Origin: an uncultured PS1 clade bacterium
GTDB taxonomy: Bacteria > Pseudomonadota > Alphaproteobacteria > MED-G09
Length of the DNA: 64,000 bases
Assembly: GCA_902626605.1 (NCBI GenBank)
Contig: CACOFZ010000002.1
Coordinates: 21,932 to 85,931 of the forward strand
Reading direction: 5' to 3'
Shown here: in pieces, positions 19,063-28,668 of the stretch
Position numbering within the stretch: the stretch's first letter is position 1
Layout: every line of letters starts with the position of its first letter
Program-made: the position numbers and the translations under genes
Notes under the pieces: generated by a model
The model's database searches: none
The model's input: the letters and a program-made list of their open reading frames with translations, nothing else
What the model was told of the DNA's origin: nothing

Positions 19063-19986
19063 TTAGATACTTTCCATCCAATGATTAAATTTCTTATCAT
19101 TACATGAAGTAATTAATGAAAATCTTTTCTTTAAAATGTTAGTTAAATTTCGTTCATCATTATTTGATATTAATTGATTATCAATTTTCACAACTGGACA
19201 AATTATATGAGAGGAGGATGTAATGAAAACTTCTTTAGCATCCTTTAATTTATCTAATGTAATTTGACCTTCAAAAATTTTTATATTCTCATCACGGGCT
19301 ATTTCCAAGACACTTTTTCGAGTAATTCCATATAAAACCTGATTTTCATCAGCAGTTAATAAATTATCTTCGCCATCAACGATAAAAATATTTGAAGTTG
19401 TTGACTCAGTTATATTTCCATTCTCATCTGTAAAAAATATTTCATCATAGCCGTTTCTTCGAGCTTGCCATTTCGCCATCATTGATGATGTATAGTTTCC
19501 AGCAATTTTTACTTGTGGTGGAATAATATCATTTCTTCTTTGGTGTTTTTCTTTTTCTATCCAAACACTTAATTCTTTAAATTTATGAAAAGGTTGAGTA
19601 TTTTTTGAAATAATATCCTCTTGAGGATCATATGCAGCAATTGCCACAGTAGAGAAAGGATCCTGAGGTACTACGTCTACTTCAACTGAGGCAATATAAA
19701 CACTTATTTTAATATATTTGCTTCCTGAATTTTTTTTTACAGTATCCTTTATTGCTGCCTTAATTTCATTTTCATTATAACTTATTGGAATTCCTGCAGT
19801 TTCACATGAACTAAACAATCTCTTAACATGATCATGAAGACGAAAAATTGAAACTACCCCATCATTTTCAAAAATTGGAATAAACCCAAAAATAAGAGAA
19901 CCACGTTGGTGAGAATGTGACAAAATATGAACATTGGCTTTTTCCCAATTCACATATTCACCATTTATCCAAATTTTTCTTTGCAA
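19063..19986 (-). CDS. aminotransferase class IV (branched-chain aa / D-aa aminotransferase / ADC-lyase fold)
   Basis: N-terminal WINGEYVNWEKANVHI…RGSLIFGF and catalytic Lys context QVKIAGNYTSS typical of PLP fold-type IV. 307 aa. Confidence 0.65.
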   Translation of the reverse strand: MQRKIWINGEYVNWEKANVHILSHSHQRGSLIFGFIPIFENDGVVSIFRLHDHVKRLFSSCETAGIPISYNENEIKAAIKDTVKKNSGSKYIKISVYIASVEVDVVPQDPFSTVAIAAYDPQEDIISKNTQPFHKFKELSVWIEKEKHQRRNDIIPPQVKIAGNYTSSMMAKWQARRNGYDEIFFTDENGNITESTTSNIFIVDGEDNLLTADENQVLYGITRKSVLEIARDENIKIFEGQITLDKLKDAKEVFITSSSHIICPVVKIDNQLISNNDERNLTNILKKRFSLITSCNDKKFNHWMESI

Positions 19987-20036
19987 ATGAATTACCTTTA
20001 GTAAAGAATCAAATTTTAATTTAACCTAAAATTATA

Positions 20037-20777
20037 ATGTTTCAAATTCTTATAAATTCTTGGATTGGTATTGGTGTAGTAACGTTTCTTACTCTACTTT
20101 TTATAAGCGCACCTTACGGGCGTCATATAAGATCTGGTTGGGGGCCTCTCCTATCAAAAAGAACCGGATGGATTCTCATGGAAACTCCTGCTCTTTATGT
20201 CATGTGGTTATTTTATTTTTTTTACGCTGATATTAACAATATTGTTCTCATAATATTCTTATTTATTTGGTCTATTCACTATATTAATCGAAGTATTATT
20301 TGGCCTTTTTTAATTGATAAAAATGGTTCTATGCCTCTAGTTGTGGCTATTTTAGCTTTTATTTTTAATGTTTTTAATGCTTCTTTTCATGGTTATTGGT
20401 TCTTCTTTATGGATAATCAATATGATATTTCATGGCTTTTAAATTCAAATTTCTTACTAGGTTTATTTGTCTTTATTTTAGGAATGGCAATAAATATTCA
20501 CTCAGATAAAATATTACTAATGATATCAAAAGAAAAAAAAGGATATCAAATTCCTTATGGCGGTTTTTACAAATGGATATCAAGCCCAAACTATTTTGGA
20601 GAAATTATTGAATGGATAGGTTGGGCAATAATGACCTGGAGTTTATCAGGATTTGTTTTTGCTCTTTGGACAATCTTTAATCTTCTTCCAAGAGCTTTAA
20701 AGCATCATGCATGGTACAAAGATAAATTTAGCGATTACCCAAAAGACAGAAAAGCTATAATTCCGAAATTATTATAA
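20037..20777 (+). CDS. 3-oxo-5-alpha-steroid 4-dehydrogenase / steroid 5-alpha-reductase family membrane protein (DUF1295-like)
   Basis: Multi-TM protein. C-terminal signature PYGGFYKWISSPNYFGEIIEWIGWA. Confidence 0.7.
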   Translation: MFQILINSWIGIGVVTFLTLLFISAPYGRHIRSGWGPLLSKRTGWILMETPALYVMWLFYFFYADINNIVLIIFLFIWSIHYINRSIIWPFLIDKNGSMPLVVAILAFIFNVFNASFHGYWFFFMDNQYDISWLLNSNFLLGLFVFILGMAINIHSDKILLMISKEKKGYQIPYGGFYKWISSPNYFGEIIEWIGWAIMTWSLSGFVFALWTIFNLLPRALKHHAWYKDKFSDYPKDRKAIIPKLL

Positions 20778-21713
20778 TTATCCACCTGATGGAGTAGTTA
20801 TATCGTCATCATCAATAGGAACCCAATCTTGTTCTTTTACCCATTCACTGAAAGTAGTTAATTTTATTGGGATTTCATCTAATACATCCTCCATATCAAC
20901 CTTAAATGGATTTAGATTATCTTTGTTTTCATTATTATATTCATAAAAACCCTGCATTGCGGCTATATAATCTTCTCTACCAATATCGCTTACACCTTCA
21001 AAAATATCTGCCATACGAATGGCAAACTCTTTTGGAGTTAAAGTTTTTGGCTTAATAGATCTTCCAAGATGCCCGGATAATGTATCAGCTATCCTCTGTG
21101 GAGTTAAAACTTCTGGTCCACCTATTACCATTGCCCTTCCTATAAGATCGTCTCTTTCTAGGGCAGCGATCATAAATTTAGCAACATCGTCTAAACATAT
21201 CCAATTAGCTTGAAGTCCTTCTTTATGAGGATACGCAAATTCGTCATTTTCAATAATATCGTTTCTAGCCCATTTAGTCAGAGTGTTGTCCATAAATAAG
21301 ACTGGCCTAAAAATAGTTGTTCTTGCTCCACCTTGCTTTAGAGCTCTTTCAGTAGCTAAAACTCTATCATAATTATACTGACCAATCTCATTATCAGGTG
21401 CATATGCGGCTGTTTGGTATATTAGTCTTATATCAGCCCTTGCAGCAGCAGCTCCAACTGCAGCGCAAAAATCAATCATTTTTGTAACTTGTTCAAACGA
21501 AGGTTTATTATAAAAAGCTGCATCAGCTCCCTCCATTGCATTATCTATACTTTCAGGGTCATTATAATCTGCTGAGACCTCAGTTACATTATCGTCAATA
21601 AAAACGCCTTTTTTTCTTGTAATAGCTCTAACTTTGTAACCGGCTAGTATTAATTGACGAACTTGAGCCTGCCCCATTCTTCCTGAAGCACCAAAAACAG
21701 TTACTAATTTCAT
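20778..21713 (-). CDS. NmrA-like NAD(P)-binding protein
   Basis: N-terminal Rossmann motif VTVFGASGRMGQAQV…GYKVRAITR. Length 311 aa. Confidence 0.7.
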   Translation of the reverse strand: MKLVTVFGASGRMGQAQVRQLILAGYKVRAITRKKGVFIDDNVTEVSADYNDPESIDNAMEGADAAFYNKPSFEQVTKMIDFCAAVGAAAARADIRLIYQTAAYAPDNEIGQYNYDRVLATERALKQGGARTTIFRPVLFMDNTLTKWARNDIIENDEFAYPHKEGLQANWICLDDVAKFMIAALERDDLIGRAMVIGGPEVLTPQRIADTLSGHLGRSIKPKTLTPKEFAIRMADIFEGVSDIGREDYIAAMQGFYEYNNENKDNLNPFKVDMEDVLDEIPIKLTTFSEWVKEQDWVPIDDDDITTPSGG

Positions 21714-21753
21714 AAAAATCCCCTTGTTTAGTTTTACTTATTTAACCAATAAC

Positions 21754-22521
21754 CTATCGACCTGATATTAATTTAACAAGCCATTTTGGTGTTATTTTCA
21801 TAAGAAAAACTAAAACTTTATAGCGCCAACCATTTATAATTATTTCTTTGCCAGACATTGAAGCTTCATAAGCTTGCTCAACTACAGTTCTTGAGTTCAT
21901 CCACATAAAGGAAGGAATAGAACTTTTAAACTCCTTCATCTCTTTATGAAATTCGGTATGCGTAAAACCAGGGCAAACAGAACAAGAAAAAATATTCTTG
22001 TTCTTATAATCATTATGTATCATTTCTGAAAATTTTAAGAGCATTAATTTTGTAGCAATATACATTCCACCAGAATTTGTAAAAGGAGCGAAAGCAGCTA
22101 CAGATGATATGTTTATAATTCGTCCAAATTTTCTTTTTATCATTCCTGGTAAGAATAATCTTGTCAGCGCGATGGCTGAAGTCGATAAAACATTTATAAA
22201 ATCTATATGGTCCTTTAAAGGAACTTCTTCAAAACTATCAGTTAATCCATAACCAGCATTATTTACTAAAACATCAATTTTTATTTTTTTTTCTTCACAA
22301 AAATTATAAATTTCTTCAGTCGACCTTAAATCACTTAGATCGCAAGAAATGATAGAAGCTTTTATTCCAAATTTATTGGATAGGTTATATTTAATTTCTT
22401 CTAAATTTTTTTTTCTTCTAGCAGTAATAACCAAATCATATCCTTTCTCGGCAAATAATGTTGCAAAATCTTTCCCGAGCCCAGAGGAAGCGCCTGTTAT
22501 AAGTGCAGTTTTATTCATCAA
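21754..22521 (-). CDS. SDR family oxidoreductase
   Basis: TGASSGLGKDFA (TGxxxGxG), NNAG, catalytic YIATK (YxxxK). Confidence 0.85.
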   Translation of the reverse strand: MMNKTALITGASSGLGKDFATLFAEKGYDLVITARRKKNLEEIKYNLSNKFGIKASIISCDLSDLRSTEEIYNFCEEKKIKIDVLVNNAGYGLTDSFEEVPLKDHIDFINVLSTSAIALTRLFLPGMIKRKFGRIINISSVAAFAPFTNSGGMYIATKLMLLKFSEMIHNDYKNKNIFSCSVCPGFTHTEFHKEMKEFKSSIPSFMWMNSRTVVEQAYEASMSGKEIIINGWRYKVLVFLMKITPKWLVKLISGR

Positions 22522-22530
22522 AATCCTTTA

Positions 22531-23808
22531 TTAACGTTTTTCAAAAGTAAGATTAAGCTCTTTTAAACCTCTTAGAGCAAAGTGCGGGTGATGAAGAAAA
22601 TCATTCTTGTTTTCTGCTAAATTAATATTTTTTAAACGTTTTAGTAATATATCAAAGGCCATTCTCATTTCCTGCCTAGCTAACGGTGCGCCAATACAAT
22701 GATGATGAGATGTACCATAAGCAAGATGTTTTCCTGGATTTTTCCTTTCTAAGTCCATGTGCATTGGACAACTGAACATATCCTCATCTCTATTTGCAGA
22801 ACCAAATCTCATATCAATTATTGAACCTTCAGGAATTGTTTTATCACCTATTATTACGTCTTTTCGAACTCTTCTAAAAAGACTTTGAACTGGTGTCTCA
22901 AGCCTAATAATTTCTTCCACAAAATTTTTAAGTTTCGCTTTTCCAGTAATTAAATCATTAAGTTTTTCTTTTTGTTGCATCAAAATTAACATTCCGCCAG
23001 CAATTGAATTAGTTGTAGTTTCATTACCCCCAATATTTAATGCACTTACCATCGATAAAAGCTCTTCTGTAATTAATTGACTCCCATCCTCAAATTTAAA
23101 ATTAACTAAATCTGAAATAATATCCTCTTTTGGATTTTTTCTTTTTTCTTCAAATATCTTATTCATATAGTGCTGAAATTTAACTAATCTCTCTGCACAT
23201 GCTATTTCTTCACTCTCGGTTAGTCTTTGGCTTAAACCCTCTGATGTATCAAAAGACCAAGCCTTTAACTTTGATAAATCTTTTTTTGGAAAACCTAATC
23301 TATCTTGAATAATATTCATAGGTAGAGGGACACAAAATTGTGAAATAAATTCAACTTCACCATCATCGATAAATTCATCAATTAGTTCATTAATTAAATC
23401 TTCAATATAAGGTTCCATTTTTCTTATCTTACTAGCTGTAAAGCTAGGGTTTGATGCTTTTCGAAATTTTGTATGATGTGGTGGTTCAGAATCAAAGGTT
23501 GCTATTTGCCTCCAACCTTTTTCTAAGAAAACTTTTTTAACCTTTTCTCCATTTTTCCAATAACCATTCTTTTTATTTTCCTCTTTAATTTCTTTATCCC
23601 AATATCCGGATAAATCCCTAGAGAAAAATTCATAATCGGTTAATACCCTTTTTAAATCGTTATATTTAGAGACAACAAAAAAACCAGTATCAGGGCTTAA
23701 ATAAATGGGGGCCTCCTCTCTTAAAACTTCATAGGCCTCATAAGGGTTCTCTTGAAGATCAGGGTCTAAAAAATTAATATCAGATAATTTAATTCTACTT
23801 TCTCTCAT
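22531..23808 (-). CDS. cytochrome P450
   Basis: Heme-binding loop YGTSHHHCIGAPLA (FxxGxxxCxG-type). ExxR motif EEIIRLETPV. 425 aa. Confidence 0.9.
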   Translation of the reverse strand: MRESRIKLSDINFLDPDLQENPYEAYEVLREEAPIYLSPDTGFFVVSKYNDLKRVLTDYEFFSRDLSGYWDKEIKEENKKNGYWKNGEKVKKVFLEKGWRQIATFDSEPPHHTKFRKASNPSFTASKIRKMEPYIEDLINELIDEFIDDGEVEFISQFCVPLPMNIIQDRLGFPKKDLSKLKAWSFDTSEGLSQRLTESEEIACAERLVKFQHYMNKIFEEKRKNPKEDIISDLVNFKFEDGSQLITEELLSMVSALNIGGNETTTNSIAGGMLILMQQKEKLNDLITGKAKLKNFVEEIIRLETPVQSLFRRVRKDVIIGDKTIPEGSIIDMRFGSANRDEDMFSCPMHMDLERKNPGKHLAYGTSHHHCIGAPLARQEMRMAFDILLKRLKNINLAENKNDFLHHPHFALRGLKELNLTFEKR

Positions 23809-23810
23809 CT

Positions 23811-25778
23811 TTATTCATCATCTAAAGCGAATGCAATTAAGTGATCAGAGGCTGGAGAACCAACCGCCCAATGTCCGCCTGCTGCAATTACTACAAATTG
23901 CTTTCCATTCTTATTTGTATAAGTCATTGGTGTTGCATGACCAGCTGTTGGTAATCTAAATTTTGCAAGCTCCTCACCTGTTTCAGTCTTAAATGCCCTT
24001 AAATAATAATCACTGGTTGCAGCTATAAATGTCAAACCTGAAGCAGTAACTGTAGGGCCACCTAAATTTGGTGCTCCTTTTATCCACCAAAATGGAAAAG
24101 GTGCTAAATCTTTTGAGGTTCCTAATGGAATTTGCCATAAATGATCACCAGTACTTAAATCTATTGCAGTAAGATTTCCCCATGGAGGTTTAGTGCATGG
24201 AACACCTAAAGGAGACATAAATCCATAAGCTCTAATGGTACAATATGGTGTACCCTCGTTTTGTTGTAATGCTGAAAATCTTGATTGTACACTATCTCTT
24301 GCTAATTCTTTAAGAGCTTTATCACAGTCTTTTCGTGGAACCATTACAATCGTGCTTGATAAGTTCATTGTATTGGCAATAAGAATATTTCTAGAAGCAT
24401 CAACTGCAGGACCTCCCCAATTCGCACCTCCTATTGCGCTAGGATAATGAACACTTCCTTTTAAAGATGGAGGGGTATAAAGACCTTCATTCCTCAGATC
24501 CTCAGCAGCTTTTTTACAATAACCCTTGTCCCATGGAGTAAAACCAAAAACATCCTCAGGATCTAAGTAAGTTGGCGTCAAAGGAGCTGGTTTTGAGGGA
24601 AAAGGCTGAGTTTTAGTAACATAATCACCCTCAACTGCACCTTGAGGAACCTCTCTCTCTTCAATTGGAAAAATAGGCTCACCTGTCTCTCTGTTTAACA
24701 AAAAAACAAAGCCCATTTTGGTTGTCTGTGCTAATGCTTTTATAATCTTTCCATCTTTCTCAAAATCATAAAATGTTGGTTGGGAGGGAACATCATAATC
24801 CCAAATATCATGATGAACCGTTTGAAAGTGCCAAACAACCTCTCCACTCGAGGCATCTAACGCTACTACAGAGCTGGAATAATAATCTGAACCATTTCTA
24901 TGACCACCATAATTATCTGCAGCAGTATTTCCTGTTGGAAGGTAAACTAAATTTAATTCAGGATCAGTCGATATAATCGACCATACATTAGTTGTTCCTC
25001 TTTGATATAATTGTTGCCCTTCTTCATCAATTACAGGTTCTTGGCCTGGAGGTATTGGGTCCCAATACCATATTAAATCGCCTGTTCTGATATTATAAGC
25101 ACGAACAACCCCACCCGGAACAGAGGTGCTTACATTATCGGCAATGCCTCCACCGACAACGACTGCATCACCAATGATCGCCGGAGGAGAAACACTGTAA
25201 TAATAAGCAGGATTATGTTCACCAAGACCGTCTCTTAAATTTACTTTTCCATAATCTCCGAAATCAGAACAAAGTTTTCCAGTCTTTCCGTCTATAGCAA
25301 AAAGTTCAGCGTCAATTGTTCCTGTAATGATTCGATGATAACATTCTTCATTTTCAGATTTATTTATATCTATCCAGCTACCAACTCCTCTACAATGAAG
25401 AAGTGCTTTTTTTTCAATATCTACTTTGGGATCAAATACCCATTTCTCTTTTCCAGTTTCAGGGTCTAATGCAAAAACTCTATTATAAGGCGTACAGTAA
25501 AATAAAGTATCATTAACTAAAATCGGAGTTGCTTGGAATGATGTTTGTTGACTGCTATTTGGTATTACATCCTCAGTCCAATTCAAACCAGCATGAAAGT
25601 CACCTGATCTATGTGTCCAAATTTTTTTTAAATTTGTTACATTTTCAGGTGTTATTTCGTCAGCCACAGAATAATGACCCCCACCAGAGTCTTTTCCATA
25701 TGATGGCCAGTCATCATTTTTAGCATTTATAGATACGCATGAAAAAATTAAAATTAATAATGTAATAAATCTAATCAT
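23811..25778 (-). CDS. PQQ-dependent dehydrogenase (quinoprotein beta-propeller), periplasmic, paralog A
   Basis: Signal peptide. Repeated W-motif propeller blades. HHDIWDYD and C-terminal TASGLTFIAATSDYYLRAFKTETGEEL resemble glucose/quinate/shikimate-type quinoproteins. No N-terminal TM anchor. Confidence 0.8.
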   Translation of the reverse strand: MIRFITLLILIFSCVSINAKNDDWPSYGKDSGGGHYSVADEITPENVTNLKKIWTHRSGDFHAGLNWTEDVIPNSSQQTSFQATPILVNDTLFYCTPYNRVFALDPETGKEKWVFDPKVDIEKKALLHCRGVGSWIDINKSENEECYHRIITGTIDAELFAIDGKTGKLCSDFGDYGKVNLRDGLGEHNPAYYYSVSPPAIIGDAVVVGGGIADNVSTSVPGGVVRAYNIRTGDLIWYWDPIPPGQEPVIDEEGQQLYQRGTTNVWSIISTDPELNLVYLPTGNTAADNYGGHRNGSDYYSSSVVALDASSGEVVWHFQTVHHDIWDYDVPSQPTFYDFEKDGKIIKALAQTTKMGFVFLLNRETGEPIFPIEEREVPQGAVEGDYVTKTQPFPSKPAPLTPTYLDPEDVFGFTPWDKGYCKKAAEDLRNEGLYTPPSLKGSVHYPSAIGGANWGGPAVDASRNILIANTMNLSSTIVMVPRKDCDKALKELARDSVQSRFSALQQNEGTPYCTIRAYGFMSPLGVPCTKPPWGNLTAIDLSTGDHLWQIPLGTSKDLAPFPFWWIKGAPNLGGPTVTASGLTFIAATSDYYLRAFKTETGEELAKFRLPTAGHATPMTYTNKNGKQFVVIAAGGHWAVGSPASDHLIAFALDDE

Positions 25779-25787
25779 ATATAATTC

Positions 25788-27749
25788 CTATTTATTATCC
25801 GGAAGTGCAAAAGCGATCAAATGGTCTGAAGCTGGCGTTCCAATAGCCCAATGCCCTCCTGCAGCAATTACCACAAACTGCTTACCTTCTTTATTTGTAT
25901 AAGTCATAGGTGTTGCATGTGCGCCTGTGGGAAGTCTAAACTTTGCAATTTCTTCACCTGTTTCAGTATTGAAAGCTCTTAAATAATGATCGCTTGTAGC
26001 ACCTATAAAAGTTACCCCAGATGCAGTGACTGTAGGGCCTCCCATATTCGGAGAGCCTTTAATCCACCAAAAAGGAAAAGGTGCTAAATCTTTCGAGGTT
26101 CCTAATGGAACATTCCATAAATGTTCGCCAGTATTTAAATCTATAGCAGTTAATGTACCCCAAGGAGGCTTAGTACATGGCACACCTAAAGGAGAGAAAA
26201 AACCCATTGAACGAAGATTACAATATGGAGCACCTTCATTTGACTCAATATTAGTAAATCTAACTTGGTTTTTATTTATTGAGAGCTCTTCAAGAGATTT
26301 CGTGCAATCTTCTCTAGGAACCATAACAATCAAACTAGCCATATTATTTGTATTAACTATCATAATATTTCTTTCTGGGTCTATTGCGGGACCACCCCAA
26401 TTATTTCCTCCGACACCGCTAGGATAGTGAATACTTCCCTGTAAAGATGGAGGTGTAAATAAACCTTCATTTCTGAGTTTTTTAGCTGTTCTTTTACAGT
26501 ATCCACGATCCCAAAAAGTAAATCCAAAGGCTTCATTTGGATCAAAATATATTGGATTTAATGGTGCTGGTTTAGATGGAAAAGGTTGAGTTTTACTTAC
26601 ATAATCTCCTTCAATGGCACCTTGGGGAACTTTTTTTTCTTCGACTGGAAAAATAGGTTCACCTGTTTCTCTATTTAACAAAAAAGTGAGGCCAGTTTTG
26701 GTTGTTTGGGCAAGTGCTTTTATAACTTTTCCATCCCTTTCAAATTCATAAAAAGTTGGTTGAGAAGGTACATCATAATCCCAAATATCATGATGAACTG
26801 TTTGAAAACTCCAGACTAATTTTCCGGTTTCAGCATCTAAAGCGACAACTGAACTTGAGTATTCTTCAAGACCTTCTCTGTGACCACCATAGTAATCAGG
26901 TGATGCATTTCCAGTCGGAAGATAAACCATATTTAAATCTGGATCAGCTGATATAATGGACCAAACATTTGCGGTGCCTCTTCTGTATAGTGGATTACCG
27001 TTATCATCTATAAAAGTAGCTTCGTTAGGAGGAATTGGATCCCAGTACCAAGATAATTTTCCTGTTCTTATATCAAATGCTCTTACAACACCGCCAGGAA
27101 TATCAGTTGATAGATTATCAATAACGCTACCACCAACTACAATTTTTTCATTTATTATTGCTGGGGGAGAGTTACTCCAATAATATAATGCAGGATGTTT
27201 ACCAAGTCCTTCTCTTAAATTTACTCTTCCATTACTTCCGAAGTCCTCACAAAGTTTTCCGTTTTTACCATCTATTGAAAAAAGTTCCGCATCAATAGTC
27301 ACACCTATTATTCTATGATAGCAACTATCGGATGGTAATTTTGTTTGATCTTTCCAACTACTTAAACCTCTGCAGGCTAGAATTGCTCTCCCATCTTTTT
27401 TAAGTTTAGGATCAAAAACCCACTTTTCCTCTCCAGTCTGAGGATTGAGTGCAAAAACTCTATTATATGATGTGCAATAGAATAATGTTTCATCAACTAA
27501 AAGAGGAGTTGCTTGAAAGGATGTTTGATACTCTCCACCTTTTACACCAGCTGAATTTGCTCCGCCTTTATAATCCCCAGATCTATGGACCCAAATTTTC
27601 TTAAGTTTTTTAACATTTTCAGGTGTTATTTCATCAGCTTTAGAAAAATGACCGCCTCCAGCTTCCTTTCCATATGATGTCCAATCATCAATTGCCGAAA
27701 AAACTGGATTTAGATATAAAAAAGTAATAATAAAAATTAAAAATCGCAT
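25788..27749 (-). CDS. PQQ-dependent dehydrogenase, periplasmic, paralog B (tandem duplicate)
   Basis: Collinear with paralog A over the full length (for example DDWTSYGKEAGGGHFSKADEITPENV vs DDWPSYGKDSGGGHYSVADEITPENV). Signal peptide. Confidence 0.8.
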   Translation of the reverse strand: MRFLIFIITFLYLNPVFSAIDDWTSYGKEAGGGHFSKADEITPENVKKLKKIWVHRSGDYKGGANSAGVKGGEYQTSFQATPLLVDETLFYCTSYNRVFALNPQTGEEKWVFDPKLKKDGRAILACRGLSSWKDQTKLPSDSCYHRIIGVTIDAELFSIDGKNGKLCEDFGSNGRVNLREGLGKHPALYYWSNSPPAIINEKIVVGGSVIDNLSTDIPGGVVRAFDIRTGKLSWYWDPIPPNEATFIDDNGNPLYRRGTANVWSIISADPDLNMVYLPTGNASPDYYGGHREGLEEYSSSVVALDAETGKLVWSFQTVHHDIWDYDVPSQPTFYEFERDGKVIKALAQTTKTGLTFLLNRETGEPIFPVEEKKVPQGAIEGDYVSKTQPFPSKPAPLNPIYFDPNEAFGFTFWDRGYCKRTAKKLRNEGLFTPPSLQGSIHYPSGVGGNNWGGPAIDPERNIMIVNTNNMASLIVMVPREDCTKSLEELSINKNQVRFTNIESNEGAPYCNLRSMGFFSPLGVPCTKPPWGTLTAIDLNTGEHLWNVPLGTSKDLAPFPFWWIKGSPNMGGPTVTASGVTFIGATSDHYLRAFNTETGEEIAKFRLPTGAHATPMTYTNKEGKQFVVIAAGGHWAIGTPASDHLIAFALPDNK

Positions 27750-27820
27750 TCATAACCCCTAAAATACTTAATTATTATATAAGAAATTTTTAAAATTTAC
27801 TTCATTAAAAATATAAACTA

Positions 27821-28648
27821 TTAAAATATTTTAAAAATTGATGGTGGTCTTCCTAATGTATATTCAACATAATTTTGAATTTTTTTTGTTTCTTTTTCAA
27901 AATCATGACCAACAGAAAAGGGTTTAATTGGTTTACCAAATTTTATATTATATTTAATATTTTTTTTATTTATTAATTCTTTAAATAAACTTATATCCTT
28001 TAATTCAGTATTAAATATCTCTAGAACATAAAAAAGTAATGAATTAGATCCTGACATATGAAATGGGATAATTGGTGCATTAAATTTCATAGAGAGTTTT
28101 ATTATGGTTGCGACCCATGGTCTTTCATACAAATGTAAGCCTTTTCTTTTTGAAAGACGAGATGATGGAAACACAAGTAAAGCCTTATTTTTAGTCAAAG
28201 TATCTTTTGTTAACTTTAAAATCATACGACTTTTTTCAGAGGACTTATTTTTTTCATTCCAATCAACTGGGATAATTATATCTTGGAAACCTTTTGCAAT
28301 CTTTATCATATCGGAATTAGCATAGAGAGTATAATCAGGTCTGCGTTCTTTTAAAACATCAAACATTACTATACCGTCAGTCAAACCAGTAGGATGATTA
28401 CCCGCCAATATGATTGGTCCGCTTTTGGGAACATTTTCAATATTATGGACATTATGATTAGATTGAAGAAAATTTGTTAAATATGAAAAACATTCAAATC
28501 CTGATTTTTTTGAAATGTTATTAACAATTTTCTTTGCATCATAATATTTAAAAATTTTAAATACAGTAGGTCTTATAAGAGACCAGATAATCCTATTTTT
28601 CATAAGATTTGGGCATCTTTCTTCCATGATTTCATCTATAGGATGCAT
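27821..28648 (-). CDS. lysophospholipid acyltransferase (PlsC-like) family protein
   Basis: HX4D acyltransferase motif ILAGNHPTGLTDG. Second motif FPSSRLS. Confidence 0.65.
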   Translation of the reverse strand: MHPIDEIMEERCPNLMKNRIIWSLIRPTVFKIFKYYDAKKIVNNISKKSGFECFSYLTNFLQSNHNVHNIENVPKSGPIILAGNHPTGLTDGIVMFDVLKERRPDYTLYANSDMIKIAKGFQDIIIPVDWNEKNKSSEKSRMILKLTKDTLTKNKALLVFPSSRLSKRKGLHLYERPWVATIIKLSMKFNAPIIPFHMSGSNSLLFYVLEIFNTELKDISLFKELINKKNIKYNIKFGKPIKPFSVGHDFEKETKKIQNYVEYTLGRPPSIFKIF

Positions 28649-28668
28649 AAAATTTTATACTTTAAATC

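Larger units (their letters stand above)
23811..27749 (-). repeat. tandem gene duplication (two approx. 1.96-kb PQQ-dehydrogenase paralogs, 9-nt spacer)
   Basis: The two ORF translations align end-to-end with high identity. DNA is also visibly similar in blocks. Confidence 0.8.

Noticed and set aside
26026-26427. 133-aa plus-strand ORF, and similar 60-110-aa ORFs (24235-24447, 24773-24976, 26756-27183, 28104-28325, 28898-29131, 34191-34499, 40038-40331, 51687-52148, 56842-57174 and others)
   Set aside because: All lie entirely antisense to long, motif-supported genes (PQQ dehydrogenases, leuA, miaA, mrp, lpxC, murB and others) and have no RBS or motif support. They are treated as shadow ORFs.
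23811-27749. Possibility that the two PQQ-dehydrogenase copies are an assembly duplication artefact
   Set aside because: The copies are clearly diverged at protein and DNA level (different signal peptides, many substitutions, small indels). This is a genuine ancient tandem duplication, not a collapsed/expanded repeat.
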